A stretch of 64,000 nucleotides of DNA from Octopus vulgaris (taxonomy: Eukaryota): assembly GCA_951406725.2 (NCBI GenBank), contig OX597830.1, positions 13,826,001 through 13,890,000 on the forward strand, in the 5' to 3' direction. A program made the position numbers and the translations under genes. Of this stretch, positions 26,206 through 42,877 are shown piece after piece (the stretch's first letter is position 1; every line of letters begins with the position of its first letter). The notes under the pieces were generated by a model that saw nothing but the letters and a program-made list of their open reading frames with translations, was not told the origin of the DNA and searched no databases.

Positions 26206-26908
26206 TATATCTGTTGAACCGTTGTGTGCGCTCAGCGATTAAATACTTCATTTAGATGAACTCAAATTGTATCGCCTATGTTCATGGGAGTGTGTGTGTG
26301 TATCTTTCTCTTGGCTTAATTAATTTCAATCGTGTTCTGTTTTGGAGAAATTTTATAAGGCTTGAACGTTCATTGTAATAGTATTTATGGAAGACCGGTG
26401 GGATTATTATTTATACGGACTTAAAGATTGGTCGCAATTTAACATATTATTTAGTTATTGTCGTTTACTATTAATACTGACACAATGTACATTGGTTTAT
26501 ATGTCTCTGTTGTAATTTTATTAAAGTTAATGTTTAATCCTGCCTATAAATTGATTGATTGAAATAATGTGGTTATCAAGCTTTTATTTTTATATTTCAA
26601 TACGGAAGACGGTAAGGATTATAATTTTTTAATGAGTTAATAGAGTTGTCGCTGTTTAGTTACGTATTTAGCAGTGGCTGTAATTTACTTTTTGAAATTA
26701 TTTATCGATACGGTGGTACATAAGTCAAATGTGTTTGAAGGTTGCGGTTTCTTTGGTTTGTTCCCAAACAACACTTATTTTAGTGCTGTTGACACCGCCA
26801 GATTGAATGGTACTGCCCACATTTCGAAACCATGATGATATCCATGGGGCAGCTGATGATGGAGGTGTGTTGGATTGTTGGTATGACTGTAGAATAACAT
26901 TATGTGTA

Positions 26909-26972
<64 letters not shown>

Positions 26973-26978
26973 GATCTA

Positions 26979-27010
<32 letters not shown>

Positions 27011-27108
27011 CACACTTATACTTACACACACACACATATCATAAATATATACAATTAAAAGATAAAATCATAAAAAAATAACATCAGTGACCAGCATATA
27101 ATATAATA

Positions 27109-27170
<62 letters not shown>

Positions 27171-27172
<2 letters not shown>

Positions 27173-27297
27173 AGGTGCAATGGCTCAGTGGTTAGGGCAG
27201 CGGACTCGCGGTCGTAGGATCGCGGTTTCGATTCCCAGACCGGACGTTGTGAGTGTTTATTAAGCGAGAACACTTAAAACTCCACGAAGCTCCGTAA
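27171..27297 (+). mobile_element. SINE family C head (tRNA-Arg-like)
   Basis: TGGCTCAGTGGTTAGGGCAGCGGACTCGCGGTCG...GGTTTCGATTCC gives A and B boxes; shares AGCTCCACG.GCTCCG with 55184-55429. Confidence 0.75.
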
Positions 27298-27798
27298 AGG
27301 TTCATACACATGTTTACATACGCACAAGCACAAGAAAAAACGGGGTTAAGGGTAACAATACAGAAAAAAGGCATAGGGGAGTATACAAGGGAGTATATTT
27401 ATATGAGTAAACCAGGTCTATATATGCACATACCTTTATGCACGCACACACACACGCCCATATACGCACATACACACATACTCACGCACATACACACACG
27501 CACAAAAAGGATGCGTTTGTGTGTGTTTGTATGTATATGCGTATACATTTGGCGAAAGATGCGAGTGAGGACGTGTACGTTTTGAAATGAGGATGGATGA
27601 ATGTATGCGCACGCACGTAGGTGTGCGGACGCACATATGTAGGTATGAACAGAGCGCTTACGCGAATACTACGAACTTTTTACCCCCTTCCCTTACTTAG
27701 CGGTCATTCGAATAGCTCTTTTGTCTTAAAAGCAGTCAATAACACAGTAATTTCCCTTTGCATAACGGTCATTTTTCATAGAGTTTTTCCGATGGCTG

Positions 27799-27859
27799 GA
27801 TAACTGAAGAGATGGCGGCGTGAATTTCCACCTCGGTATCCGAAACTCGGAGTTTTATC
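27799..27859 (+). ncRNA. Type-I hammerhead ribozyme with canonical core
   Basis: GAUAA CUGAAGA [long imperfect stem II GAUGGCG..GUG/CAC..CGGUAUC] C GAA ACUC G GAGU U UUAUC; perfect 5-bp stem I, near-palindromic stem III; ~35 bp upstream of (TA)n. Confidence 0.7.
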
Positions 27860-27889
27860 TTGGCTACCGAATAATTGTCACGTTATATT

Positions 27890-29358
<1,469 letters not shown>

Positions 29359-29629
29359 CTATCAGTATTTCTTTATACATTTTTCATTTTTCTGGCAATT
29401 TCATTGTTTCAGGCCGTATATACTCTACCATCGTTTTCTACCTCACCACTTACCTCATTGTTGCAGAATTGTTACTAATTCTCCCTTGCCGATTGATGGC
29501 ATACCTCTTCGTAATATACTGTATATAAAATTACTTGTTTGAGGTATGTCATTGTTTCCTTCTTAAAGTCAGAATCCCATGCAGCTTTGTGGAAGCGATT
29601 TAGTAGGGGCGTCAGAAAGTCGGACGAAA

Positions 29630-30157
29630 TACCTATTTCTTTACTGCCCACAAGGGGCTAAACACAGAGAGGACAAACAAGAACAGACAAACAGATTAAG
29701 TCGATTATATTGAACCCAGTGCGTGATTGGTACCTATTTAATCGACCTCGAAAGGATAAAAGGGAAAGTCGACCTCGACGGAATTTGAACTCAGAACGTA
29801 ACGGCAGACGAAATACCTATTTCTTTACTACCCACAAGGGGCTAAACACAGAGAGGAGAAACAAAGACAGACAAACGGATTAAGTCGATTATATCGAACC
29901 CAGTGCGTGATTGGTACTTATTTAATCGACCCCGAAAGGATGAATGGCAAAGTCGACCTCGGCAGAATTTAGAACTCAGAACGTAACGGATTAAGTCGAT
30001 TATATCGACCCCAGTGCGTAAATGGTACTTATTTAATCGACCCCGAAAGGATGAATGGCAAAGTCGACCTCGGCGGAATTTGAACTCAGAACGTAGCGGC
30101 AGACGAAATACAGCTAAGCATTTCACCCGGCGTGCTAACGTTTCTGCCAGCTCGCCG
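29630..30157 (-). mobile_element. SINE family A trimeric array
   Basis: Three central domains and one head; bounded by duplication CGGACGAAATACCT (29621-29634, 30156-30169). Confidence 0.9.
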
Positions 30158-30556
30158 GACGAAATACCTTACAGTATTTATTCTGGTTCATTACATTTTG
30201 AATCCAAACACCACTAAAGTCCCGATTGTCTTTTATTGTTTCATATTAGATGAATAAATTACCAGACGAGTCTTTGTTGGGGTAAATGTTAGAATCGTTA
30301 GTTCGTCAGCGAAGACGTAACACGGTGTGTGTTCAGGCTGCTTGTATTCTAAGTTCAAATCTGAAAGTGGCCTTCCAGCTTCTATCAAACGGTTTGAAAC
30401 GCCATCTTGTACATAGCCATGGATAGCATTTAGAGCCTTTAGCATTCAACCTGCTTAGGGGAGATAATACCAAATTAAGATTATTATCTGTCTGTGGCCT
30501 GTAGCTATTATCTATGCGGTAACTATACCTGTAACTTTCTGCAGTATTTGCCTATT

Positions 30557-30790
30557 ACCTATTTCTTTATTGCCCACAAGGGGCTAAACACAGAGGGGAC
30601 AAACAAGGACAGATAAACGGATTAAGTCGATTACATCGACCCCAGTGCGTAACTGGTACTTATTTCATCGAGCCCGAAAGAATGAAAGGCAAAGTCGACC
30701 TCGGCGGAATTTGAACTCAGAACGTAACTGCAGACGAAATATTGGAAAGCATTTCGCCCGGCGCGCTAACGTTTCTGCAATCACGCCGCT
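30557..30790 (-). mobile_element. SINE family A, full-length
   Basis: Head, B-box, central domain and tail; flanking near-duplication ATTTGCCT(A/T)T(T/A)ACCT. Confidence 0.9.
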
Positions 30791-31989
30791 CATTTGCCTT
30801 TAACCTCAATCCTATTAATGCTCTATGGTGTTAAGTTATTACTTATTAATTCTTCGTTTTATATCCCCATAACCAAAGAATCTCTGGGGTAACATTACTC
30901 GACATGATGTGTATCTCAGAGATTAGGGAGACTCTCCAGATCGAGCCAATTCTTCTCCACACTGAGAGGTCGCAACTGCAGTACGACAGGCAATTAGGAC
31001 GTCGCAGAAAAGGCTCGCAAGACAGATTCGTTAGGCCGAGCTAACCGCAAAGTGACGTAGCGAGTAGACAAAGAGCGAGATGTTTGGATAATATCCATAG
31101 TCTCCGTTGGTCTCTCGTGAAAATCCATCAACAAAATTCACTGTAGGAGGTGCCTGAAGCCTCTAACTCTGTAATCCATCCGGGAGTAGTTGGCGAAGAA
31201 GATGGATGGATTTCTTTGTACCTTACAGCAATAAACTCTTCGCGGCATATACTCATTTGCTATTTGGCATATACCTTTTACTTCTTATACTTACCATAGC
31301 TATATATTGCTTTTAGTCATCTATCTAAGATCGTTCTTCGTATTTTTTAATCAATTACATAATTCCAAGACTGAGCAAAGGTCTAACATTCTTAAAATAC
31401 TACGACGTGGAAGATACCCCTGGCAGTGGAAGTAAAGATTATGAAAGAAAATATAATGATGGATTCTCACAGAAAAATTAAACTCCGTTTTAAAATACTC
31501 AGGAAGCGAAACGTGAGCAGCATTTCGCAAAATTTTTCTTTTCAATTCAAGCGATCCCTGCCACGATTTGTTGTGATTACTTATTCAGAAACATCAATGC
31601 CAATTTCTTATCAGGCTCCTCTACTTCAAATCACACCCGACCATTTTAAAAATGGGAGGGAACGTTAGATAAAAGAACAGTTGTTACAAAATGCTGGAAA
31701 TGTAAAGATTATCTCAATGAAATGCCTCTGTCATTGGCCTTAGGTTAAATAAAAATGAAGTACAAAATTAATGATAAAATATCAATAACAGCAGCAACTG
31801 AAACAACAAAATTTTCTTTATAGAGACGATTATATAGGCTGTTTAAGGGAAAACACTTTGACACATGAAAGAGATCACCTGGTAATCACACAAAAGCTTA
31901 GATTTGAAGAAGAGTCTACTAGATTTGAAGAAGAGTCTACACCGAAAATATGTTCAAAGTACTTATGGCTACGGATAATAGAATCACGA

Positions 31990-32480
31990 CAGTACATTGA
32001 TGGTACATTGATGGTATAGCGATGCTGCATTCATGATACAGTAGATGCTTAATAAAGGTATAGGGATAGAATAGACGTATAGTGAGGTTTATAATGGTAT
32101 GGTGATGATATGGTGATGGTATAGTGATGGTATAGTGGTTTATAGTGAAGGTTTAATGACGGTATAGTGATAGTATACATATGTGTAGTCGTGGAATAGT
32201 GAGGTTTATGAATGTATAGTGATGATATAGTGACGGTATAATGATGATATAGTGATGGTGGAGTGATGGTAGAAGTTGATGGTATACTGATGGCAGCGTG
32301 ATGCCATAGTTATACTTTAGTGGTTGTTTAATGGTATTATAGAGATAGTATACTGATAGTATAATGAAGTTACAATGATTGTTTCAAGATGGTAAAGTGA
32401 TGGTATATTGATGGTATAATGATGGTATGTTTATAGAATAATGACAATATAGTAATTATATACACATGGCATAGTGATCG
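31990..32480. repeat. Degenerate 11-bp minisatellite (GGTATAGTGAT)n
   Basis: Recurrent ATAGTGATGGT variants over ~490 bp. Confidence 0.8.
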
Positions 32481-33692
32481 CAAAATGACTTTATAATAAT
32501 CATATAGCCAATACCTCAGTTTGACCAAATTATAAACTGTTGTTTAAACAGCAGAACATAGAATACTTAAGTCGAATCTAAGACGTCGCAAAATGACTTC
32601 TTTATGAGAAGAGTGAAGTCATAACCAATCACACTGCTCTATGTAATTCATCTTAGCATCATGAGCCGCGTACTATCCAGGGGAATATCTGCCCACCAAA
32701 TATCTAATTTTGAAAATTGGATTAACTGAAACATTCTTGTTTGTGAGTTATACTTTTCACTCAGAAATATAATAAATTATATATCATTGAGAAACTATTA
32801 AAGCAATATAACCGCTTGAAGGTGTTGTATTGGAGTAGTTTCAATGGGTCGCATAAGAAAATATTTACAGAATTTAAACTCATGCATTCTCTAAACATTT
32901 TCATATCGAAATGTCACCCAAAACAGCCTATTAAACAATGTAAAAACGCAACGGGTATAAATCGAACTTATACCTTCAGGTTAAGAGAAGTTAATATCAT
33001 TTTACACACACACAAACATGTTATTCATTTCCCCGGTTCCAATCCACCCAGCCGCATAACTTCACTATATTATTAAATAATCATATAAATTTTTAAGTAA
33101 TCATATTTTGTATATATACATAAATGCTTCTTGTTCGTGGATGCATGTGTGCGCGTGTATCCGTATCAATCTATACAGATATTAATCTCATTTGCATTTA
33201 TTTCTTTTATGAATAATGCAAGCCATAAATGTATTGTGTAAGAAAATAAGTTAAAATTATATTTACTTTTGAAGCAGAAGAAAGTAAAAAGAGAAAACTG
33301 CCATCTTTTCTATAAAAGGAAAATAATAACATCTTAAAAATATATATAAATAAGAATCTTCAATTTATTGGATGTCAAACAAACTAATATCGGATATATA
33401 ACTGATATTATACACGAAACTACTCGAGATCACAAAGAAATAGGAAAAGACGAGTTAAAGTTACAGGAAAGAAACATGAGCATCTTTTCTAGGAGGTATA
33501 GAATTTGGTTTTCAAGTATCACACAAATGTCATTGCTGAATTTTCAAACTGTCTTCTAATAAGACGATAGCTAACTCTTAACGTAATGAAAGCAAAGGGC
33601 AAAGTGGCCATTTTCTGTGGTTGTCATATAAGGCAGGATGTCGTAACCATCTGTTGAAGCTTCGATTCACAGAAATAAAAGATTAATTAAAA

Positions 33693-34024
<332 letters not shown>

Positions 34025-34767
34025 TAAAACAGAAACTAAAAGTATGAAGCAGGGCGTGGAAAAGAAATATTTGTTTCTATCAAGCGTTAGTGTTTCAAAG
34101 ATGAATACAGTTTTCGAATGAATGAGCCATAAAAAAAAAAATAATAATAATAATAATAAATAAATAAAATAAATAAAATAAATTAAAAAAATAACATCAT
34201 CAGCATTTATAACATTAATACGAAGAAGAAGACGAAAAAGAAGAAGATGACTGAAGAAAGCAATAGATGGAAACTCCAGAAAAACAACAACAAACAACTA
34301 CAAAGCAACTATAAGAAAGACTATTACACATAATAAATAAAAATTATTACAGATTATTTTAAGCTTCTTATGTTGCAAATAATTTATTATTATTATTATT
34401 GTTGCTCATATTGTTATTGGTATTATTATTATTATTACTATTACTAATTTTGTTGATGTTGTTACTGTTGTTATTTAATATCATTTTTGGGCCGTTCTTT
34501 TATGAGTTCATAATTTTAAAAAATGCTCAAATCAAAATTAGGAAAGAAAAGAGGAAAAGAGACGAAGACTTGTGTATGACAGTTTGGAACAGGAAATGGG
34601 ATTATTAGATAAACAAAACATTATTAATTTGAAGGTATCTTTACTTTGAAAAAAACTTAGCTGATCTATGTATTCAATTTTATTTAATCGAAATGATTCG
34701 TAGACAAATACAGACACGCATACATGCATATGGCCATAGAGATACACAGACACTTATGTGCTGTGAA

Positions 34768-34802
<35 letters not shown>

Positions 34803-35039
34803 ATTTGTGTACATGAATGTGTTTGTGCGAGTGTGTGAGAGTGTGAGTAGAAACAGCCTTCCATGAAGCTATATCTATGTCTGTATCAATATATCTCACC
34901 TTCTTTTAATGTCTCTCTTCCGTTGGTCTCCTCTCTCTCTCACCCTCTCTCTATCTCTTCGAACAACCCCTCTCTCTCTCTCAAATATACACGCATACAC
35001 ACACATGCACACTCGCTCGATCACTCGCATATAACTCTC

Positions 35040-35048
35040 CATACACAT

Positions 35049-35095
<47 letters not shown>

Positions 35096-35140
35096 CATAT
35101 ATATGTATACTACAAACATATTTCCATTATCTATAAATTC

Positions 35141-35190
<50 letters not shown>

Positions 35191-35347
35191 GTATATATGT
35201 ATATATATGTATATATGTATGTATATATATATATATGTATATATATGTATATATATATATATGTATATATATATATGTATATATATATATGTATGTATAT
35301 ATATATATTTGTATATATATATGTATGTATATATATATATGTATTTG

Positions 35348-35429
<82 letters not shown>

Positions 35430-36001
35430 AACAGACTCATATCCATCCAATGATATAAACAAGCGTTATCTCAAATACTTGTCTGTCGCCACACAAGTAC
35501 ACTTGTTCACACACGTGCGCACACACACGCACACGCATACACACAAACACCCGACCAAACACACACGCACACGCACATACACACGCAACCACACTTCATA
35601 AACATGCCAGTATACAGCTGTATACAAGGTATGACTTACACCTATAGACATTATACGCACATACTAAATGTTTAAGGTATGGGTATGTGTGTGCGCGTAT
35701 TCGTATACATATGTGTGTGAGTTTGTGTGTATATATGCATATATGTATACATATATACGTATATATATATGCGTGTGGCAAATGTATGTATATATATATA
35801 TATACATATATTACATATAAAACAGTAGTATGGGATATGGATTCAGAGAAAAATACACATATACACATACACGCTCACCTATATATGTACGAATATATAT
35901 ATATATGATTACACACACACACACATATATATATACACACAGAAATATGCATATATATATACATATATTTATGTGATATATGCATATATATGTATATATA
36001 A

Positions 36002-36043
<42 letters not shown>

Positions 36044-36195
36044 GTATATATATATATGTATGTACATATATATGCATATATGTATATGCGTGTATACAGA
36101 TGTTTGTATATGAATATATGTATGTGTTTATTTGTGTATGTATATATATATATATATGCGCGTGTGTGTATGTGCACTTGTGTGTGTGTATATGT
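35040..36195. repeat. Extended degenerate (TA)n/(TG)n/(CA)n region
   Basis: Direct reading. Confidence 0.9.
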
Positions 36196-36534
36196 GTGCT
36201 TATAAAATAATTTCTATTATCACTTGAACAAAAAAAAAAAAATTACGATGCAATTTTTCAACTGAAAGAATTGAAATAAAATAACATTGACTGTTTATCT
36301 TGATTTCTTTGTTGTTGCTGCTGTTGTTGTTGCTGTTGTAGTAATTTTCCTTGTTGTTGTTGTTCTTCTTCTTCTTCTTAATGCTATTTCATTGTTTTTC
36401 TCTCTTTCTTTGTATGAATTAATTTTCTTTCCCTTCTAACTCATTTGAGTTGAAGCCACGTTTGATTTTCACTTGTTTTCCGTATTAACCCAACTGCAAT
36501 CATCACCGCCCAAACAGGACCGTTGTTGTTTTGG

Positions 36535-36546
36535 TAATTATTATTA

Positions 36547-36628
<82 letters not shown>
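36535..36628. repeat. (ATT)n microsatellite
   Basis: Direct reading. Confidence 0.95.
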
Positions 36629-36629
<1 letters not shown>

Positions 36630-37094
36630 TTCATTGTGGTATTTTTTAAACTTTTCATTATTGATAATATATTGTAAGTCTAATAATTGTTATGTTAAAT
36701 GATATTGTTGTTATTGTTGGCGGTGGTGTTGGTAACGTTACTGTTAATAATGTAGGTGTTGGGAGATGGCAGAGGCATAATGCAGTATTAAACTTTTACT
36801 GTACTGTACCTCCACCCCGTCATCTCTTCTCTCCCATCCTGTTATTAATTAAACATATTTATAGTGAAAAAAATATAATAACGGAAGGCAAAAAACGACA
36901 TATAAGTGTCAGTTGCAGGATTAATGTCTAAATTTCTGGGCGGAAAGTTGAGCAATATATGCTTCACTCATCCGCACGCTCCCTCTCTCCCTCTCTCCCT
37001 CTCCATTTTCTCTCTCTCTCTCTCTCTTTCTCTCTCATTCTCCCACACAACTTGTGCTGAGGAAACGATGCGCAAAACTAGACTTTGCGGAAAG

Positions 37095-37137
<43 letters not shown>

Positions 37138-37185
37138 CACGTACACACACACATCAATATAAATAGAGAGGAGAGTTAGAGAGAC

Positions 37186-37269
<84 letters not shown>

Positions 37270-37534
37270 TCCGTGTTGCGTGCACGCAGACATACACATA
37301 TGTAGATTTAGTCCAATATTCGGAAAACCTTTTGCTTCTGGGTTACAGTTTTTGCTTACAGTTTAGCATCAACGCTTACAACGTTAATCCAATGATTACA
37401 TAATTAGTACTAGATAAACTATTGTTGTATATCTAATTAATTAAACCCTTGAAAGCCGGAACGAGTAAACTCCTTTGCCTTAGATCTGATGCGTTTAAGA
37501 CACTGTAGGTCATAGTAGTTTTAGTCAAAAGCTA

Positions 37535-38447
37535 TCTCATTCTCAAGGCAGTGTGTGCAGGCGCATTGTAGAGATGAAACCACCGCTCTCCACTTTTCCA
37601 AAGGTCGGGGCGTTTTCGTCTCACCGCATCTCGCAAATGCTTCAAAACTTCCAAGTAAAATGTCTGGTTCACAGTTTGACTAGGAGGAAACAATTCTGTG
37701 TGGACAATTCGTTTCGCATCGATGAAACAAATCAGCATTGTCTTGACACTGGACTTCACCTGACACGCTTTTTGGGGGCGTGACGACATTGAATGCTTCC
37801 ATTGACTTGATTGGTACTTCGATTCCGGGTTGTAGCCGTAGTATCCCAATGATGACCTTCGAAAAAAAAGGTCTGGATCAAATTCCTACTGTTCTTTCAG
37901 TTCACAACACGCATTCTGTCGCGACTGCTTTTGAACTTTCGTGAGCAAGTGAGGCACAAATTTTGTTGCAACTTTTTTCATTCGCAAAATTCTTTGGCAA
38001 GAGCTCCAGGACAGACCAGTTCTCCAAGATCACTTCATGAATTTTCGTGATGTTTCCATTGTTTCTGGAGGTCGACGGTAGCCTTGAACGAGGTTGGTCT
38101 TCAAACAACAAGTGACCATTCCTAAAGTGTAAAAACCACTGCTGATTGAAGCATGACAAATGTTTCGGCCGTCGTTTTCCTCAGCAGAAAACAGAATTTC
38201 CCGGGAGCACGCTGTTCCTTCCTTTCAGCCATCGCAAAAATCGACGAAAAGGAGACGCACTGCAAAACAATGATGCACTCTAAAACAAAGACGCACTCTA
38301 AACCAAAGACGTACCACATGGCAGAACGAATCAAGACGATGACGCTGGTCGGCAGACCGATGCCTGAGGGTCGCATCAAGTGGCCCCTAGCGGTGGAAGT
38401 CTGAACTACAACAGTGAACGTTTCCGGTTACTTTTGGGATACCGTCG
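37535..38447 (-). mobile_element. Mariner element, 3'-truncated, frameshifted transposase
   Basis: 5' end TA-CGACGGTATCCCAAAAGTAACCGGAA; N-terminus MAERKEQRA..KFCFLLRKTTAETFVML; EDQPRSRLPSTS; YNPESKYQSSQW; KTMLICFIDAKRIVH...QTVNQTFYLEVLKHLRDAVRRKRPDLW...NAPAH. Confidence 0.92.
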
Positions 38448-38507
38448 TAGAACGAAAGAAAGAAATTTCATTTGAGAGCACGTGGCTAAGAAAGAATACT
38501 GTATCAG

Positions 38508-38580
38508 CACCACCACCACCACCACCACCACCACCACTACCACTACCACCACCACCACCACCACCACCAACACCATCACC

Positions 38581-38612
<32 letters not shown>

Positions 38613-38620
38613 CAACAACA
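38508..38620. repeat. (CAC)n-(CAA)n microsatellite
   Basis: Direct reading. Confidence 0.95.
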
Positions 38621-39919
38621 AAAACAAGAGTAAAACTTGTACGTTCGATATTGAAACTTTAATCAAAGTTGTGAGTAAGCTGCATAATGAGAAAGTACTA
38701 AGAAGAGACCTCATTGCTGGTTACCGGTATAAAAAGCTGAAGAAATATAGAAGGCCAAAAATTAAATCACTGTCTTAACAGAACAATGAGTGTTTAGCCT
38801 GCCTTGGCACTACGTACAAACTGTACACATGCTGCCTGAGACTATTCCCCAAAGACCATCGCATGAGTAGCGATATAGTCGCTGATGAGCAGGCAGGTGG
38901 AAAGAAAAGTGTGTGGCGATACACCGAACGACATTTAAGATGTCAATTAAGATGTGCCGTCTGAAGTAAGAAAACATCATAGAAACCTTACGAGAGTGTG
39001 GCTTGATTTCAAAAAGACATTGTAATATATTCTTTATTCAGGTTTGCTGTAGTCATTGCAATTGCCATGAGTCTCTGCTGCATTAATTGCTGCTACCGTA
39101 AGCTTCAAGAAAACCTTGTCTATAATCCTCACTCTGTAATTGAAAGTAGAGTGATAGCTTACGGTGTTATAAATATTTCAAAAGGAATATTCCGAGGCGG
39201 TTGACAGTCTGTCTGTGATTCTGTTTATTTTGGTCCTAAACCCTTTGTTATATTCTTTTATAAACATTCAGAGATTAAATCCTACGATTTACAACAGGAG
39301 GCGATATTAATGGAACCCCTAATTTCTTTGTGGACGATGTAAGGATCTATACTTGGAATGTTTACGATGCTGAAAAACAGCTGGGTTTAGTCACAATATT
39401 TGTTACTGATATAGGAATGGAATTTGGAGGTGGTCTCTACCTCCCTCATTCTACACAATGAGTGCTACAAATATCTAAGCGTTCACGACAGTGTATCATA
39501 CACAGTTATTGTCAACTAAGACAGTAAACAAAGAATATCATACCAGTAAAACAGATATGCCTTAAAGCATTATCCCACAGTGCATTTACAGTACCAGAAT
39601 TGAATTTGGGATACTCGACTGGTCTATGAAGAAAGTCTGCACCACAGTCATTACAACTCTCAAGATCTTGCCGTCAACTGCAAAGTTCCACAGAAAGTGA
39701 TATTGACAGACGCCATCCTAGGACAAAATAAATAAACAAATAAGTAAATAAATAAAATAGAAGGGGTTACTTAGGATCAGTGCACATGATCTTTAAGTGC
39801 CATACGGCAAATTACTGACAAATAAAGCAAATAATTTTCCTCCAAGGCGGTACTGAACTCTGCGCAAGGAACTCTCATTTTCTGTTTACTTATCATGTGA
39901 ACGCAGGATAAGCATATAT

Positions 39920-40120
39920 CAGCACAAAGCCATCAATTTTGACAGTAAGGGACACGTCGATTACATCGACCCTAGTACTCGACTGGTACTTTATTTTATC
40001 AACCTGAAAAATAATCAATGGCAAAGCTGAGATCGGCGTAATTTGAACTCAGAATGTAAAAAAAGCCGTAAGAGATACGGTTAAGCATTTTATCCGATGT
40101 GTTGACGAGTCAGACTGGTC
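39920..40120 (-). mobile_element. SINE family A, old copy nested in the R4/Dong LINE
   Basis: GTCGATTACATCGACCC..GTACT...ATTTGAACTCAGAA. Confidence 0.7.
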
Positions 40121-40405
40121 ACAGTTTTCAGAAATATGATGTTATTTACATCGAGTTTAGCTTCTCTTAGACTTGTGACCGTTACACTCCCATCATATCT
40201 CGAAAGTTACACTTTTGCTGGAGATAGCCACGAAATATCTGATGAAAACAAGGAAATGAATCCCTTAAACTTCCAAGATGCAACCATAATTGTCTATTAT
40301 GCCACTGCTCTATGAAGAACAATACATACACTCAATAACTGCCTAAAAGTATATCGAGGTACCACCTTGCACTGCAACATGATGTTGATAAAACAATATG
40401 TAATG

Positions 40406-40822
40406 CCTATTTCTTTACTACCCACAAGGGGCTAAACACAGAGAGGACAAACAAGGAAAGACAAACGGATCAAGTCGATTATATCGACCCCAGTGCGTAA
40501 CTGGTACTTAATTTATCGACACCGAAAGGATGAAAGGCAAAGTCGACATCGGCGGAATTTGAACTCAAAACGTAGCGGCAGACGAAATACCTATTTCTTT
40601 ACTATCCACAAGGGGCTAAACACAGAGGACAAACAAGGACTGACAAGGGGATTAAGTCGATCATATCGACCCCAGTGCGTAAGTGGTACTTAATTTATCG
40701 ACCCCGAAAGGATGAAAGGCAAAGTCGACCTCAGCGGAATTTGAACTCAGAACGTAACGGCAGACGAAATACGGTTACGCATTTCGCCCGGCGCGCTAAC
40801 GCTTCTGCCAGCTCGCCGCCTT
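40406..40822 (-). mobile_element. SINE family A dimer within a single 18-bp TSD
   Basis: TSD AAAACAATATGTAATGCC (40390-40407, 40825-40842); internal junction GACGAAATAC/CTATTTC at ~40590. Confidence 0.92.
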
Positions 40823-40901
40823 ACAAAACAATATGTAATGCCATCTGTAGGAAAGTTTGTCCTGCAGTTCAAAGAAACAACACTTTTATTATTGAATACA
40901 T

Positions 40902-41060
40902 ACAGGAGTGGCTGTGTGGTAAGTAGCATGCTAACCAACCACATGGTTCCGGGTTCAGTCCCACTGCGTGGCATCTTGGGAAAGTGTCTTCTGCTATAGC
41001 CCCGGGCCGACCGATGCCTTGTGAGTGGATTTGGTAGACGGAAACTGAAAGAAGCCTGTC

Positions 41061-41133
<73 letters not shown>

Positions 41134-41345
41134 TGTGTGTGTTTGTGTGTCTGTGATTGTCGCCCTAGCATTGCTTGACAACCGATGCTGGCGTGTTTAC
41201 GTCCCCGTCACCTAGCGGTTCGGCAAAAGAGACCGATAGAATAAGTACTGGGCTTTCAATGAATAAGTCCCGGGGTCGATTTGCTCGGCTAAAGGCGGTG
41301 CTCCAGCATGGCCACAGTCAAATTACTGAAACAAGTAAAAGAGTA
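40902..41345 (+). mobile_element. SINE family B, near full-length
   Basis: Matches 20295-20707; long internal (TA)n. Confidence 0.9.
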
Positions 41346-41989
41346 ATATCAACACAAAAATACTGACCATTTCTATGTTGCTGAAAGGTAACATTACAAG
41401 CCTGGCATAATTATTTACACAGAAAAGAACCATCATGTACAGTCATAGAATTCGGCTGCTCTGCAGATGTGTACATCTGTTTCAAAATCAGGTAAAACAG
41501 AATATTTATGGACAACTACTTCGAAAGCTGCAGATCCTCTTAATAATAATTTCATAAGTATACCAATATCTATTGGTGCACTAGTCCATGTTAGTAAATG
41601 CCTAAGGAATAATTTGAAAAAGCTAGGGATTTGGGGCAAGAAGAGACCCGTTAACACGCACTGTACAGCTCAATCACAAAGTGGGGTAGTATAAATATCT
41701 AACATTTTTCTAAAGTCCAACTTATAATACGAATCGTAAATGAATAAATTAAATGTAAAGTCATACACACATAAAAAAAAAACAGAAAGAGGGACAGCCG
41801 GGTATGCGAAGTGAATAAAAGAGAGAAATATTTGGAGTTATAATTTAAACAGAACAGCACAACTGAGTTTCCTCAACAACTGGGAGTAGTAAAGACAGTA
41901 GAATTTTGTTTAATCGTTGATTTAATTATCACGGAGCTGTGTGATGAAAAAAATTTGCTTCCAGCTCCAGCCCTACTGCCTGTTAAATT

Positions 41990-42560
<571 letters not shown>

Positions 42561-42571
42561 TTTGTGTATTA

Positions 42572-42877
42572 TCTCTCTATATATAAACGGCAAAATGTCT
42601 GCGTGCGTGTCCTTTATACAAATCCACAATTTTTCAGTTAGAGGGCTCGCACTTTCTATGGTCATTCAAAACCGCCCAAGGGTGGTCGGGCACATCTTTA
42701 CATTTCCCCAGTCAATAGAAGCGACTTTTTTGTGAATTTTCTATCCAAAACCCAATCAAAATGCCCGAAACTTGATACGCCAATTGAATGCGTATGTGAT
42801 TGTATGTGATTGATCGGAGATTTGGACAGTACTCACGTGTATGTGCGCAGGCACGCAGTTGTATATGCATGCACTAG
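42572..42877 (+). mobile_element. Possible non-autonomous Helitron
   Basis: Starts A|TCTCTCTATATATAAAC and could end CTAG|T (42874-42878), the canonical Helitron termini and AT target; the 3' hairpin is weak. Confidence 0.4.

Larger units (their letters stand above)
38790..41700 (+). mobile_element. R4/Dong-type (RLE-endonuclease) LINE, decayed and split by nested SINEs
   Basis: Colinear motifs: CL.TTYKLYT, EQAGGKK, VWLDFKK, KGIF..DSLSVILFIL.LNPL, FFVDD, DIGMEFG, YKYL, FGILDW (38790-39715); zinc knuckle CLLCH...NC...HDV (40280-40400); RLE domain KP.II...IEFGCSAD...IPISIGAL.HVSKCL..NLKKLG (41390-41700). Confidence 0.8.

Noticed and set aside
27171-27245. tRNA-Arg gene
   Set aside because: Incomplete cloverleaf that continues into SINE body shared with the TSD-flanked copy at 55184.
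29621-30170. CRISPR-like or satellite array
   Set aside because: The units are SINE bodies with no unique spacers; eukaryotic context and no cas genes.
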